Assembly (NCBI GenBank): GCA_964511345.1 | Contig: CAZEEV010000001.1 | Location: 150,621 to 214,620 of the forward strand | Source of the DNA: an uncultured Pseudomonadales bacterium | Lineage (GTDB): Bacteria; Patescibacteriota; Microgenomatia; UBA1400; PJMF01 | Reading direction: 5' to 3' | Length of the DNA stretch: 64,000 bases | In this document: in pieces, positions 10,106 to 20,507 of the stretch | Layout: the number at the start of each line of letters is the position of its first letter | Numbering within the stretch: the first letter of the stretch is position 1 | The notes under the pieces: model-generated | What the model was told of the DNA's origin: nothing | Databases searched by the model: none | The model's input: only the letters and a program-made list of their open reading frames with translations | Position numbers and translations under genes: made by a program

Positions 10106-10959
10106 TAAATATTTCGGTGGTCATTCCCAGCTATAAAGGCGTCCATCTTTACAAAAAAAATTTGCAAGCTGTTTTAGATTGCATGCGAGATCAAGATGAG
10201 TTAATTGTGGTTGATGATGCCAGTGGTCCAGACGATAACACGATTGCTTGGTTTGAACAAAAATTTAAAATTAAAAAACAGAGTACTGCCCCCGTTAAAG
10301 AAACTGACTTTTACGTGGGTGAATATCATGAAACCAACAAAAATCTAAGAATAGTTTTATTAGTGAATCAGAAAAATCAACGCTTTGGCGCTTCTTCCAA
10401 TCGTGGCTTTGCTGTGGCACAAAACGAATTAGTTTTTCTGATTAATAATGATGTCGCCCCATATAAAGACTGTTTGAAATATCTGATTCCGCATTTCGAT
10501 AATGAAAAAGTTTTTGCCGTGGGTTGTTTGGAGCATGAAAAACACGTCAATGAAATTGGTGGCCGTAATAAATTATGGTTTGAAAGAGGTATGTTTTTAC
10601 ACAGTCGTTACAAAGATTTATCCGGTGGAGAAACTGCTTGGGCGAGTGGTGGCAGCGCGATGTTTCGCAAATCAATTTTTGAAAAAATTGGCGGTTTTGA
10701 TAAGCTTTATTATCCAGCTTATTGGGAAGATATTGATTTATCTTTTCAGGCTCGAAAACGCGGGTTTTTAGTTCTTTTTGAACCTAAAGCTCAAGTAGAT
10801 CATAATCATGAAACTACTAATAAGTCTGTTTTTGGTGAAAAGAAAATCAATGAAATGAGCTGGAGGAATGCCAGAAAGTTTACTTGGAAAAATGGCAATA
10901 TTTGGCAAAAAATTAGTTTTATCCTTTGGCAACCTTATTGGTTGATTAAAATGCGTTAA
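10102..10959 (+). CDS. GT2 family glycosyltransferase
   Basis: 'ISVVIPSYKG...VVDDASGPDD', 'NNDV' and 'WEDIDL' motifs. Confidence 0.75.
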   Translation: MINISVVIPSYKGVHLYKKNLQAVLDCMRDQDELIVVDDASGPDDNTIAWFEQKFKIKKQSTAPVKETDFYVGEYHETNKNLRIVLLVNQKNQRFGASSNRGFAVAQNELVFLINNDVAPYKDCLKYLIPHFDNEKVFAVGCLEHEKHVNEIGGRNKLWFERGMFLHSRYKDLSGGETAWASGGSAMFRKSIFEKIGGFDKLYYPAYWEDIDLSFQARKRGFLVLFEPKAQVDHNHETTNKSVFGEKKINEMSWRNARKFTWKNGNIWQKISFILWQPYWLIKMR

Positions 10960-10962
10960 AAA

Positions 10963-12474
10963 ATGCTAAAAAAAATTGGCACACTATTTTTAATTTTACT
11001 TTTAGCTTTTATTTTACGTTTCTATAAACTCGCTGAAGTGCCTCACGGCATGGCCTGGGATGAGGCGGCGATTGCTTACAATGGCTTTGCCATTTTTACT
11101 ACTAGAAGAGACGAATGGTTGCAGAGATTACCAATTAGCTTTCGTTCTTTTGGAGATTACAAAGCTCCTCTGGCTATTTATGAAAGTGGTTTTTTTACTT
11201 ATTTCTTTGGCATGAATCTTTGGGCAGTGAGGTTGCCTTTTGCGATTCATGGTGTTTTAGCAGTTTTGGCGATTTATCTGCTATTCAAAGAATTGTTTTA
11301 TAAAGACAAAAATCAAGAAAAATGGGCGTTCTTGGCTGCTTTTTTATTAAGCATTTCGCCTTGGCATTTGCATTATTCGCGTTTGGCTTTTGAATCTGGC
11401 TTAGCTCTAAATTTAATGTTGTGGAGCTTATATTTTTTCTTTCGTTTTGTACGTTTAGAAAAATTACCCAACCTATTAATAGCCAGTTTATGCGGTGTTT
11501 TAGCAGTTTACGCTTATCACAGCAGCAAAGTTACTATTCCTTTATTATTTATTTTCTTGTTTTTTAAAAACCTAAATTTATTCAAAAAAAGAATGAGTGC
11601 TTTGATTATCGCTGGTGTTTTTACGCTTGTTTTACTTTATCCATTTTTGAAAGATTCTTTTTTTGGGGCCGGTCTAACCAGAGCTTCATCGATGATTTTT
11701 GCTCAGGGTTACACCGCTTTAGAATTAATTAAAAAATTAATTGGCAATACTTTGAGTTATTTCTCTTTAGATTTCTTAATTTCTGGTAAAAATTTGGGCA
11801 ACTATCGCCACGGTGATGGTAAGTTTGGTGTACTTGAACCAATTTCCTTGATTCTGATGATTTTTTATTTGTTTTTCAAAAAGAATAAAAGTCAGTTGGC
11901 TCCAACAGCTTTGATGATGATTTTTTGTGGTTTATTACCAGCCATCATGGCTGATGGTCAAAGCAGTAGCAATAGAAGTCTTTTGGCATTACCAGGATTT
12001 ATTTTTCTCACCATTTTGGCAATTCGGTCTATTTATACTGTTTTAGAAAGTCATAGGAAAATCTTTTTTAGCACTCTAATCATTCTGTATTTAGCCTATA
12101 CAGGACTTTATCAGATCAATTATTATCGTCACTATCCAGAAAAAAATGCCGATGACTTCTTGGATGGTTATTTAGAAACTATGACTTACTTGCGCCAATT
12201 AGATCGTAGTAATGTCAAACAAATCGTTTTTACCAATGATTATCAGCAAGCTTATATTTATGCTTTATTTGCCTTTGAAGTTAGTCCTATCGCTTATCAA
12301 GGTGGTATTCTTAATTTATTTTTCTTCACTGATAAAATCGATGCCGGTGATCTAGAAAAATCTAATACCATTGTGGTAGCTAGTAAATTTGATCAAATGG
12401 GAGAACGTCAAGCAGACCATATTATTAAAGGCAGCGATGGTCAAGGCAGATTTTTTATCTATTTGCCGTTATAA
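10963..12474 (+). CDS. GT-C fold glycosyltransferase, family 39-like (ArnT/PMT-type)
   Basis: 'MAWDEAAIAYNGFAI', 'RLPFAIHGVLAVLAIYLLFKELF' and 'SPWHLHYSRLAFES' are paralogous to 617..2233. Confidence 0.8.
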   Translation: MLKKIGTLFLILLLAFILRFYKLAEVPHGMAWDEAAIAYNGFAIFTTRRDEWLQRLPISFRSFGDYKAPLAIYESGFFTYFFGMNLWAVRLPFAIHGVLAVLAIYLLFKELFYKDKNQEKWAFLAAFLLSISPWHLHYSRLAFESGLALNLMLWSLYFFFRFVRLEKLPNLLIASLCGVLAVYAYHSSKVTIPLLFIFLFFKNLNLFKKRMSALIIAGVFTLVLLYPFLKDSFFGAGLTRASSMIFAQGYTALELIKKLIGNTLSYFSLDFLISGKNLGNYRHGDGKFGVLEPISLILMIFYLFFKKNKSQLAPTALMMIFCGLLPAIMADGQSSSNRSLLALPGFIFLTILAIRSIYTVLESHRKIFFSTLIILYLAYTGLYQINYYRHYPEKNADDFLDGYLETMTYLRQLDRSNVKQIVFTNDYQQAYIYALFAFEVSPIAYQGGILNLFFFTDKIDAGDLEKSNTIVVASKFDQMGERQADHIIKGSDGQGRFFIYLPL

Positions 12475-12482
12475 TAAACTTC

Positions 12483-14213
12483 ATGGATAAAGAACTCTTA
12501 CTGACAGCTATTTTGAAGCAAGCTTTAAATACTTTTGCTTTAGATTTACCAATCAAACTAGAGAAACCAGCTGATGAAAAATTTGGCGATTTAGCCAGCA
12601 ATATTGCTTTAGTGGCTTACAAACAATTAACTGATCAATTTACTTCTCCCAGAGAACTGGCCGAGGCTTTGATTCAAGAAATTAAAAAAGCTGATAGAGC
12701 AAATATTATTGAAACAATTAGTGTGGCTGGACCAGGATTTATTAATTTTAAATTGGGCCATGATCATTTAATCAGTAAATTGCAAGAAATTGTCGCTAAT
12801 AAAGATTTTCCCTTAATCAATTTGGGTCAAGGCAAAAAAGCCATTGTTGAATATTCTTCGCCAAACATTGCTAAGCCATTTACCATTGGTCATCTGCGCT
12901 CAACCATTATTGGTGGCAGTGTAGCTAATTTACTTGAGGCAAGTGGTTATAAAGTTTTCAGAGATAATCATTTGGGTGATTGGGGCACTCAGTTTGGTAA
13001 ACAAATCGTAGCTATTAAAAAATGGGGCAATGAGAGTGAGATTGCTCTAGCTGACAATCCGGTTGAAAAATTAGTGGCTCTTTATGTAAAATTTCATGAG
13101 GAAGCAGAAAAAAATCCCGAATTGGAAGATGAAGCTAGATTGTGGTTCAAAAAACTAGAGGATGGTGACAAGGAAGCTCGTGACTTATGGCAAAAATGTA
13201 TTGATTGGTCTTTCAGAGAATTTGCCAAAATTTATGATTATCTCCAAGTTAAATTCACAGAAAATGATGGCAAAGGTTATGGTGAATCGTATTTTGAACC
13301 AATGCTGCAAGATCTAATCAAAAAACTGCGAAACACTGGCTTTGCGCGAGAAGGCAAAGAAGGAGCAGTTTTGTTTTTCTTTCCTAAAGATAAATTATCT
13401 CCTCTGATGATTGCTAAAAAAGATGGCAGCACCCTTTACGCCACTAGAGATTTGGCAGCTGACGAGTGGCGCAGAAATAACCCTCGCTATCAAAACGAAG
13501 ACGACAGTGCTCCTTTAGTAGTCAATGAGGTAGGGGCTGAGCAAGCTTTTTATTTTCAACAGCTTTATTTAGCTGAAGAATTGTTAGGCTGGTATCCAAA
13601 AGGTCAAAGAGTTCACGTTAAACATGGTCTCTATCGTTTTAAAGAGGGTAAGATGTCCACGCGCAAAGGCAATGTGATTTGGTTAGATGAAGTACTAAAA
13701 AAAGCTAAGACCAAAGCCTTAGACTTTACTAGTGATGAAGAAGTGGCGACTAAAGTGAGCGTGGCTGCCTTGAAATGGAATGATCTAAAAAGAAAATCAG
13801 AAATTAATATTAACTTTGACTGGGATGAAATCCTCAATTTGCAAGGCAATTCTGGGCCCTACATGCTTTATAGTTATGCGCGAGCTAAAAGCGTTTTGCG
13901 CAAAGCCGAAGAACTTAATTTAACCCAAACAGAAAACGTTGATTTTGTAGTGAGTGACTTAGAAAAAACTTTGTTGAACACGATAAATGATTTTGCCAAA
14001 GTTGCGGCGCGTGCAAGCAGTGAATTCGCTCCACATTATCTTTGTACCTATTTGTTCGAGTTAGCACAACTTTTTAATAGTTTTTATAATAAATATCCCA
14101 TCTTGAATAGCTCACTAGAACGTCAATTTCGGCTTAATTTAGTCGAGGGTGTGGCTATAATCCTTAAAAAAGGCTTGAATTTGCTCGGGATAAATACTTT
14201 AGAAAAAATGTAG
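12483..14213 (+). CDS. argS: arginine--tRNA ligase
   Basis: 576 aa. 'SSPNIAKPFTIGHLRSTIIG' HIGH-region and typical ArgRS N-terminal and anticodon-binding regions. Confidence 0.93.
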   Translation: MDKELLLTAILKQALNTFALDLPIKLEKPADEKFGDLASNIALVAYKQLTDQFTSPRELAEALIQEIKKADRANIIETISVAGPGFINFKLGHDHLISKLQEIVANKDFPLINLGQGKKAIVEYSSPNIAKPFTIGHLRSTIIGGSVANLLEASGYKVFRDNHLGDWGTQFGKQIVAIKKWGNESEIALADNPVEKLVALYVKFHEEAEKNPELEDEARLWFKKLEDGDKEARDLWQKCIDWSFREFAKIYDYLQVKFTENDGKGYGESYFEPMLQDLIKKLRNTGFAREGKEGAVLFFFPKDKLSPLMIAKKDGSTLYATRDLAADEWRRNNPRYQNEDDSAPLVVNEVGAEQAFYFQQLYLAEELLGWYPKGQRVHVKHGLYRFKEGKMSTRKGNVIWLDEVLKKAKTKALDFTSDEEVATKVSVAALKWNDLKRKSEININFDWDEILNLQGNSGPYMLYSYARAKSVLRKAEELNLTQTENVDFVVSDLEKTLLNTINDFAKVAARASSEFAPHYLCTYLFELAQLFNSFYNKYPILNSSLERQFRLNLVEGVAIILKKGLNLLGINTLEKM

Positions 14214-14228
14214 TCTTTTTAGGCTATA

Positions 14229-15014
14229 ATGAAAGATATGTTTTCAGTAGTTTTGGCTACCCACAACGAAGAAAAAAATTTGGCTAAGTGTTTAGAATCC
14301 ATTCAGAGTTTGGCTGACGAAATCATTGTGGTGGATGGCGAATCAACTGACCACACTCTAGAAATTGCGAAAAGTTTTGGTGCTCAAATTTTTTCAACCA
14401 CCAATAAAAAAAACTTTCACATCAACAAACAAATGGCTATGGATAAGGCCAAAGGTGACTTGATTCTCCAATTAGATGCGGATGAATTGGTTGATAGTGA
14501 ATTAAAAAATTTTATTCAAAAATTACTAGGCTCTCTAGAAAAAAATGAACAGCTCGACGCCGTAGCTTGGTGGATTAAACGCAAAAATTTCTTTTGTAAT
14601 CGCTGGTTAAGTAAAGGTGGCCAATATCCCGATCCAGTCATTCGTCTTTACCTCAAGAACAAGGCTTATTTGCCAGCTAAAGATGTTCATGAGCAAATGC
14701 AAGTCAATGGTCAAACAGCCACTGCAGAGGGTCATTTATTGCATTACAGTAACCCCAGCTTTAATGATTATTGGCGTAAATTCCAAACTTACACCTCTTT
14801 CAAAGCACAGCAATTAAAAGATGAAGATTTGAAAATTAATCCCGTCACTTTAATAAAATATCTGCTTTTTAAACCACTACAAACTTTTTTGTTAATTTAC
14901 TTGCGTCATAAGGGTTTTGTTGACGGCTGGCAAGGCTTCGTCTTTGCTTTTTTCAGTGCTTTGCACCACGCAATCGCTTATATTAAATTTATGAAAATCA
15001 CATATGCCAATTAA
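14229..15014 (+). CDS. GT2 family glycosyltransferase
   Basis: 'FSVVLATHNEEKNL...VVDGESTDHTLEIA'. Paralogous to 6321 and 8175. Confidence 0.7.
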   Translation: MKDMFSVVLATHNEEKNLAKCLESIQSLADEIIVVDGESTDHTLEIAKSFGAQIFSTTNKKNFHINKQMAMDKAKGDLILQLDADELVDSELKNFIQKLLGSLEKNEQLDAVAWWIKRKNFFCNRWLSKGGQYPDPVIRLYLKNKAYLPAKDVHEQMQVNGQTATAEGHLLHYSNPSFNDYWRKFQTYTSFKAQQLKDEDLKINPVTLIKYLLFKPLQTFLLIYLRHKGFVDGWQGFVFAFFSALHHAIAYIKFMKITYAN

Positions 15015-16056
15015 AGTTTTACTTGATGACAGTCCACTTAAAAATGCTAACGCCATCAGAGGCGTCGGAGCTTATACTAGATTTTTAGCAGAATCTCTAG
15101 CAAAAAATTCGAGTGTCGAACTAGCCCTTAGTTCAGAGAAAAATCTAGATTTTAAAGCAGAAATTACCCATTATCCATTTTTTGATCTATTTTTTTCAAC
15201 CCTGCCATTGATTAACAAAGGCAAAACTATTGTCACTATTCATGACACCATTCCTTTACTTTTTCCTAAATTTTACCCAATTGGCAAAAAAGGTTTACTG
15301 GCTCTGATTAGACAGAAAGTGGCCCTTAAAAGTGTCAATGCGGTCATCACTGATTCTAATAATTCAAAAACTGATATTGCTAAATATTTTAGATTTCCTT
15401 TAGAAAAAATTTACGTTGTGCCCTTGGCTCCCAATCCTAATTTAAGATCAGCGAGCGAAGATGAAATTAAAAAAGTTACCAAAAAATATAAATTGGCAAA
15501 AAAATATTTACTCTATGTAGGCGATATCAACTACAATAAAAATATTCCTCAACTAATCAAAGCCCTGAAGTTTTTGCCCAAAGAAATAAAGTTAGTTTGC
15601 GTTGGCAAAAACTTTATTCCTCAAGATATTCCAGAGTGGAAAGCGATTGAAGCGCAAATTGCTTTAAGTGACGTAACCAATAGAATTAAATTTATTACTG
15701 ACTTGGGCAGTGAAAGTAACTTAGAATTATCAGCTCTTTATAGCGGTGCTCTCGCTTATATCCAACCATCTCTCTACGAGGGTTTTGGTTTGCCAGTTTT
15801 GGAAGCGATGCGTTGTGGAACACCGGTTGTTTGCGCTAATAATTCCTCTCTGTCAGAAGTAGCCCTCAACAAAGCTCTCTTGGTGGAAGAAGCCAAAGCC
15901 GAAAATTTCGCTTTAGCAGTAGAAAAAATTTTGGCTTGGTCAAAGCTAGATCGAGATAAATTTATTAGACAGGCTATGTTTCATGCGAGAAAATTTACCT
16001 GGCAGAAAACTACCCAAAATACGATTGACGTTTATCAAGAAGTGCTAAAACAATGA
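15004..16056 (+). CDS. GT4 (GT-B fold) glycosyltransferase
   Basis: 'LYEGFGLPVLEAMRCGTPVVCANNSSLSEVA' EX7E motif. Confidence 0.8.
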   Translation: MPIKVLLDDSPLKNANAIRGVGAYTRFLAESLAKNSSVELALSSEKNLDFKAEITHYPFFDLFFSTLPLINKGKTIVTIHDTIPLLFPKFYPIGKKGLLALIRQKVALKSVNAVITDSNNSKTDIAKYFRFPLEKIYVVPLAPNPNLRSASEDEIKKVTKKYKLAKKYLLYVGDINYNKNIPQLIKALKFLPKEIKLVCVGKNFIPQDIPEWKAIEAQIALSDVTNRIKFITDLGSESNLELSALYSGALAYIQPSLYEGFGLPVLEAMRCGTPVVCANNSSLSEVALNKALLVEEAKAENFALAVEKILAWSKLDRDKFIRQAMFHARKFTWQKTTQNTIDVYQEVLKQ

Positions 16057-17201
16057 GTAAAAAAGAAATTCTGAGAGTTTTTGGTTTTTTTATTTTGTGG
16101 TTATTTTTCTTGAGTTTAGTGAGTTTTTGGGCAGAAAGAATTTTTACTTTTAAACCAACTTTTCCTTATGCTTACGAATTTGCTAAATACAACTTACATA
16201 GTTTTTTCGAAAGATTAGCTAATTTTGATGGCGTGCACTATCTCGGCATTAGCGAAAATGGCTATTTAGGAACAGGACTGGTACAAGCTTTTTTCCCTTT
16301 GTATCCGTTCTTAATGAGAACGCTAAATATTTTAGTAAATAATCATTTAATTAGTGGATTGTTGATCAGCCATTTTTTTGCTCTGACTAGTTTTTATGCT
16401 TTTTATTATTTAGTCAAAATGGAACATAAACAAAAAATTGCTAGCTGGAGTTTGGTTTTTTTCGCTTGTTTCATGAGCAGTTTTTACTTGAGAAGTTTAT
16501 ATAACGAATCTTTGTTTTTGACTTTGATTTTAAGCAGTTTGATCGCCGCTAAAAAGCAAAAATATTTATTAGCTGGAATTTTAGGTGCCTTAGCTAGCGC
16601 AACTAGAATTGTAGGAATTTTCATTTGGCCGAGTCTCTTGTTAATGATTTTCTTGGAAGATCGACAGAAGTGGTGGGCTTATTTAGCTGTTTCTTTGAGT
16701 GCCTTGGGTTTAATGATTTATATGCTATATTTACAAATTCATTTTGCTGATCCTTTATATTTCTTTCATGTGCAAGCAGAATTTGGGGCTAGTCGTCAAA
16801 CAGAACTAGTGACTTTTCCTCAAGTAATTTGGCGCTATCTGAAGATTTTTTATACAGTGCGACCAATCGATTGGAAATATTATGCCTATGTGCAAGAATT
16901 TATCTTATCTATTTTGGCGTTTTTTGGGTTAGTCATGGCAACCTGGCAGAATTTCAAGAAAAAAATCAAGATGAATTGGGCTTATTTAATTTTTGCTTGG
17001 GGAGCTTATTTATTGCCTACGCTCACTGGTAACTTTTCGAGTATGCCTCGTTATATTTTAATATGCTTTCCACTTTTTATTTATTTGAGCCTTCTTTTAA
17101 AAAAAGAGCCAGGCTCTAAAAAGATCTTCTACCTGACAATTAGCCTGATCTTCCTTATAATCAACTTAATTCTGTTTACCCAAGGCTATTGGGTGGCATA
17201 A
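16053..17201 (+). CDS. polytopic membrane protein, putative GT-C-like mannosyltransferase-type enzyme
   Basis: 382 aa, about 10 TM helices. 'FDGVHYLGISENGY' loop after TM1. Translationally coupled to the upstream GT4. Confidence 0.4.
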   Translation: MSKKEILRVFGFFILWLFFLSLVSFWAERIFTFKPTFPYAYEFAKYNLHSFFERLANFDGVHYLGISENGYLGTGLVQAFFPLYPFLMRTLNILVNNHLISGLLISHFFALTSFYAFYYLVKMEHKQKIASWSLVFFACFMSSFYLRSLYNESLFLTLILSSLIAAKKQKYLLAGILGALASATRIVGIFIWPSLLLMIFLEDRQKWWAYLAVSLSALGLMIYMLYLQIHFADPLYFFHVQAEFGASRQTELVTFPQVIWRYLKIFYTVRPIDWKYYAYVQEFILSILAFFGLVMATWQNFKKKIKMNWAYLIFAWGAYLLPTLTGNFSSMPRYILICFPLFIYLSLLLKKEPGSKKIFYLTISLIFLIINLILFTQGYWVA

Positions 17202-17227
17202 AACATCATAACGAAAGGGGAATATTT

Positions 17228-18145
17228 ATGAAAATTTTAATTACTGGAGGTGCAGGTTTTATTGCTTCTCACGTCGCTGATGCATATGTTGAGTTGGGCC
17301 ACGAAGTAGTCGTTGTCGACAATCTTTCAACTGGTAATCTAGATAATCTCAACCCTAAGGCTAAATTTATCGAAGTTGACATTACCGATAAAGAAAAAAT
17401 TCAAGAAATCATTAGAACCGAAAGACCAGAGGTAATTAATCATCACGCAGCCCATATTCAAGTTGGTTACAGCGTTAAGAATCCTCAATTTGATGCGGAA
17501 AATAACATCATTGGCTTATTAAACATTATGGAAGCTGCCAAAGAAGTACCGATTAAAAAAGTCATTATGGCTGCCACAGGTGGAGCGATGTATGGCAATA
17601 AACAAACTCCTTTCAATGAAACCATGAAAGCTGAGCCACTTTCCCCTTATGGCATCTCCAAACGCGCTGGCGAGCTTTATCTGAATTATTATCATGAACT
17701 TTACCAAATTCCTTTCATTTCTCTGCGCTATTCCAACGTTTATGGCCCACGCCAAAATGCTCACGGTGAATCTGGAGTAATCGCTATTTTTACGGAAATG
17801 ATTGCCGACGGTAAAAGTCCAGCAATTAATGGCGATGGCACTCACACTCGTGATTATGTCTATGTAGAAGATGTCGCCAGAGCTAATGTTTTGGCTCTAA
17901 ATAGTGATTTTGTGGGTGAATTGAATATTGGTACTCAAACCGAAATTTCTACCAACGAAGTTTTCCGTAAAGTTGTTAATGAAATGGGCGTCAACATCGA
18001 GGAAAAACACACTGAAGCACGACCTGGTGAACAGGTGACTAGTTCACTTGACTACAGCAAAGCCACTGAAATTCTTGGTTGGGAACCACGCGTTGATTTC
18101 GATGAAGGCGTGAAAAGAGTCGTAGCTTGGTATAAAAATAGATAA
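17228..18145 (+). CDS. NAD-dependent sugar-nucleotide epimerase (UDP-glucose 4-epimerase-like SDR)
   Basis: 'MKILITGGAGFIASHV' Rossmann GxxGxxG and 'YGISK' catalytic YxxxK. AAGGGG RBS upstream of the ATG at 17228. Confidence 0.85.
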   Translation: MKILITGGAGFIASHVADAYVELGHEVVVVDNLSTGNLDNLNPKAKFIEVDITDKEKIQEIIRTERPEVINHHAAHIQVGYSVKNPQFDAENNIIGLLNIMEAAKEVPIKKVIMAATGGAMYGNKQTPFNETMKAEPLSPYGISKRAGELYLNYYHELYQIPFISLRYSNVYGPRQNAHGESGVIAIFTEMIADGKSPAINGDGTHTRDYVYVEDVARANVLALNSDFVGELNIGTQTEISTNEVFRKVVNEMGVNIEEKHTEARPGEQVTSSLDYSKATEILGWEPRVDFDEGVKRVVAWYKNR

Positions 18146-18146
18146 G

Positions 18147-19589
18147 CTATTTTTCCAACAAAACAATTTCTAAAGTTTCATTGCACCTGAAACGTTCTTT
18201 TTCTTTGGATTCACCAAAGAGAGTTAGTTCGTAATAGGCAGTTTTGCCGTGCTCATAGACGTTATCATCCAAAACAATTGCCATGATATTAGCCTGGCCA
18301 TTCTCTGTATTAATATCTTTGACCTGACAACCAGCTTCGTTCATTAAATATTGAAACTCTGTGGCATTGTGATAAGGATGGCGAACAGATTGATTACTAA
18401 TAAATAAAGGCTCTTGATACTTTTCACAAAAACTTTGAGAGCAAGCTTGCAATTCTGCCACGCTATATACAGCTGGAGCAAAATAGTTAGCTTTGAGAGC
18501 AAATTGCAAAAAAGTGATGTAAAGGAAAACAGCTCCTAGATAAATATATCTCGCTCGTAGGAAACTGATTAATAAAAACAAAAGTGGTAAAAGCCCAAAA
18601 ATATAATGGGCGTGAAAAGAAACCGGCATCAAGATGGTTAAGAACAAAGTCAAGATAAAGGCAAAAAAGCTATATTCTAAAAATAAATTCTTTTCTCTTT
18701 TGCGAGAAAGATAAGTAAATAAAATTAAAAAAAGTATAAAAAATATTGCCCAAGGTAATGTGGTGGCTAAACTAAATCCGCTTAAGTTGTGTAAGCGGGT
18801 GAGAAAAGAATTGTTGCTTTGCTCAAGTTTGTCGCCAAAAAGCATCATCTTGCTTAATAAAAATCCATGGCGCAACTCAAAAAATATAGTTGAAAGATTC
18901 ACTAGACCAAGTGAAGCAATCACATATAACAAATAAGATATAAAAACCTGACGGCGACGATAGAGAACTAGAATTAAGTAAACTAATAAGGTCGGTACGG
19001 CTGAATAAGAAAAACCAGTGGCTAAAGCAGCAAAAAAAGCGCTACTCATCAATAGAATTTTCTTCGGTTTTTTCTGCACCAAATAAACCACCAAAGTATA
19101 AAAGGCAGCCAACACACAAGGAGTAACAAAAGACGGATTCCAGATGAAACGACCCTGAATAATATATTGTGGATGCACAGTGATTAGTAAAAATACCAAT
19201 AATAAAGATTTTTCTAAACGCGGATAATGGCGCAAAAAATACAAACCCAGGGTAAAACTAATCAAATAAAAAGCACTGCCAGCAATCAGAGTTGCGTAGG
19301 GCGAATGATTGGTCAATAAATAAAAGGGATAAAGTAAATAAAAATAAATGGCACTCTGATTAAAGGGTAAAGCACTGGTCTGAGGACCCAAGAGAGGTGG
19401 TTTGCCAGACTCTTGCCACTTAAAAAGAACTAAAAAATCTCGACCAATATCATTGAAAAACAAAAGCGAAGTATCAATTTTATAAAATCTTGTCCAAAGA
19501 AAAATTAAGCTTAAAAGAAAAGAGATTAAGTAGAGATTACGAATTTTTGGCATTTGGCTAATTTTAAATGGGCTTGATCGATAAAGCAA
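18147..19589 (-). CDS. polytopic membrane protein, GT-C-like, with C-terminal Cys-containing extracytoplasmic domain
   Basis: 480 aa, more than 10 TM helices, C-terminal 'CSQSFCEKY...GCQV' soluble domain. Confidence 0.45.
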   Translation of the reverse strand: MLYRSSPFKISQMPKIRNLYLISFLLSLIFLWTRFYKIDTSLLFFNDIGRDFLVLFKWQESGKPPLLGPQTSALPFNQSAIYFYLLYPFYLLTNHSPYATLIAGSAFYLISFTLGLYFLRHYPRLEKSLLLVFLLITVHPQYIIQGRFIWNPSFVTPCVLAAFYTLVVYLVQKKPKKILLMSSAFFAALATGFSYSAVPTLLVYLILVLYRRRQVFISYLLYVIASLGLVNLSTIFFELRHGFLLSKMMLFGDKLEQSNNSFLTRLHNLSGFSLATTLPWAIFFILFLILFTYLSRKREKNLFLEYSFFAFILTLFLTILMPVSFHAHYIFGLLPLLFLLISFLRARYIYLGAVFLYITFLQFALKANYFAPAVYSVAELQACSQSFCEKYQEPLFISNQSVRHPYHNATEFQYLMNEAGCQVKDINTENGQANIMAIVLDDNVYEHGKTAYYELTLFGESKEKERFRCNETLEIVLLEK

Positions 19590-20205
19590 TTTCTTTCATG
19601 GTTTGAGTAAGATAAGCATCTTCGATATAGAGCAGTTCTAGCTTCAAATAAATAGTAGTTTGAGTATTCCCCCCATCTTTTTGATCTGAATAGGTAAATT
19701 TGTAAAAATAAGCTTCCACATTTTGACCAGGAGCTGTGTCTTGCCCTTCCTTAGCTTTGTAGTAATTAATATGACCATAAGGAGCCTCAATTTCTCTTGA
19801 CTCAATGAAATCTAATTCCTTGAGATAATCCTCTTGAGTTTTCTTCCAAAACTCATCATTAAATAAATTAGGATCTTCATAAATGGTTAACTCATAAATT
19901 CCTTTGGAATAACCAACTGAAGCCATATTAATTGGGTAAGGACTGATGGCATAGGTTTTAGTTTGACGACTATCGTTGGTAAAAAAGAGAGCCACATGCC
20001 AACCATAGGGATATTTAAAAGCAAAATTCCAATACTGAGCCTCAGCCCACTCTTCTTTTTTTTCTTGTTCAGTTTTGTAACTCTCATATTCTTTTTGCAA
20101 GTTCTGTTGAGTTTTTTTAGCATCATAAATCTTGAAAAGTAAAAAACCAGCCAAAAGCATGGCTAGGAGAGTCAAAAGAAAGTAAAAATTGTTGTTATCT
20201 TTCAT
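19564..20205 (-). CDS. hypothetical membrane-anchored protein
   Basis: N-terminal TM anchor 'FYFLLTLLAMLLAGFLLF' followed by an acidic, aromatic-rich soluble domain. Overlaps the upstream gene by 26 nt. Confidence 0.4.
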   Translation of the reverse strand: MKDNNNFYFLLTLLAMLLAGFLLFKIYDAKKTQQNLQKEYESYKTEQEKKEEWAEAQYWNFAFKYPYGWHVALFFTNDSRQTKTYAISPYPINMASVGYSKGIYELTIYEDPNLFNDEFWKKTQEDYLKELDFIESREIEAPYGHINYYKAKEGQDTAPGQNVEAYFYKFTYSDQKDGGNTQTTIYLKLELLYIEDAYLTQTMKEIALSIKPI

Positions 20206-20286
20206 AAATTTAAGTTCAAAAGCTATTTTAGCCAAGTTTTTTAAATAAAGCCAGCACTGAGGCCATGAGTAGCAAACATCCTATAA

Positions 20287-20315
20287 TTGACTAAAATAGG
20301 TCAAAATGATAAAAT
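20287..20315 (+). promoter_or_regulatory. sigma70-like promoter (TTGACT-17-TAAAAT)
   Basis: TTGACT at 20287-20292, 17-nt spacer, TAAAAT at 20310-20315, in an intergenic region upstream of ORF 20508. Confidence 0.35.
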
Positions 20316-20420
20316 TACGCCTTGTATTGACGCTATTAACGGACGATCGCTGTCCTCAACTGGTGTCGATATGATACAAATCCTTGTTCTTTAAAATACT
20401 CATTAAAGTATTCCTTTATA

Positions 20421-20475
20421 AAATAGGTGACTTACCTTGAGCCCAAAATCAGGACTTAAAGTGAGTCACCTATTT
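20421..20475 (+). promoter_or_regulatory. 12-bp perfect inverted repeat forming a long 5'-UTR hairpin
   Basis: AAATAGGTGACT (20421-20432) pairs with AGTCACCTATTT (20464-20475) across a 31-nt loop. It ends 20 nt before the GGAGG RBS of ORF 20508. Confidence 0.35.
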
Positions 20476-20507
20476 GGTGATATCTTTTTTAATTTGGAGG
20501 AAATCAA

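Noticed and set aside
20236-20507. Possible small RNA in the 270-nt gap before ORF 20508
   Set aside because: The hairpin and promoter are better explained as the leader of the downstream small gene. No independent terminator separates them.
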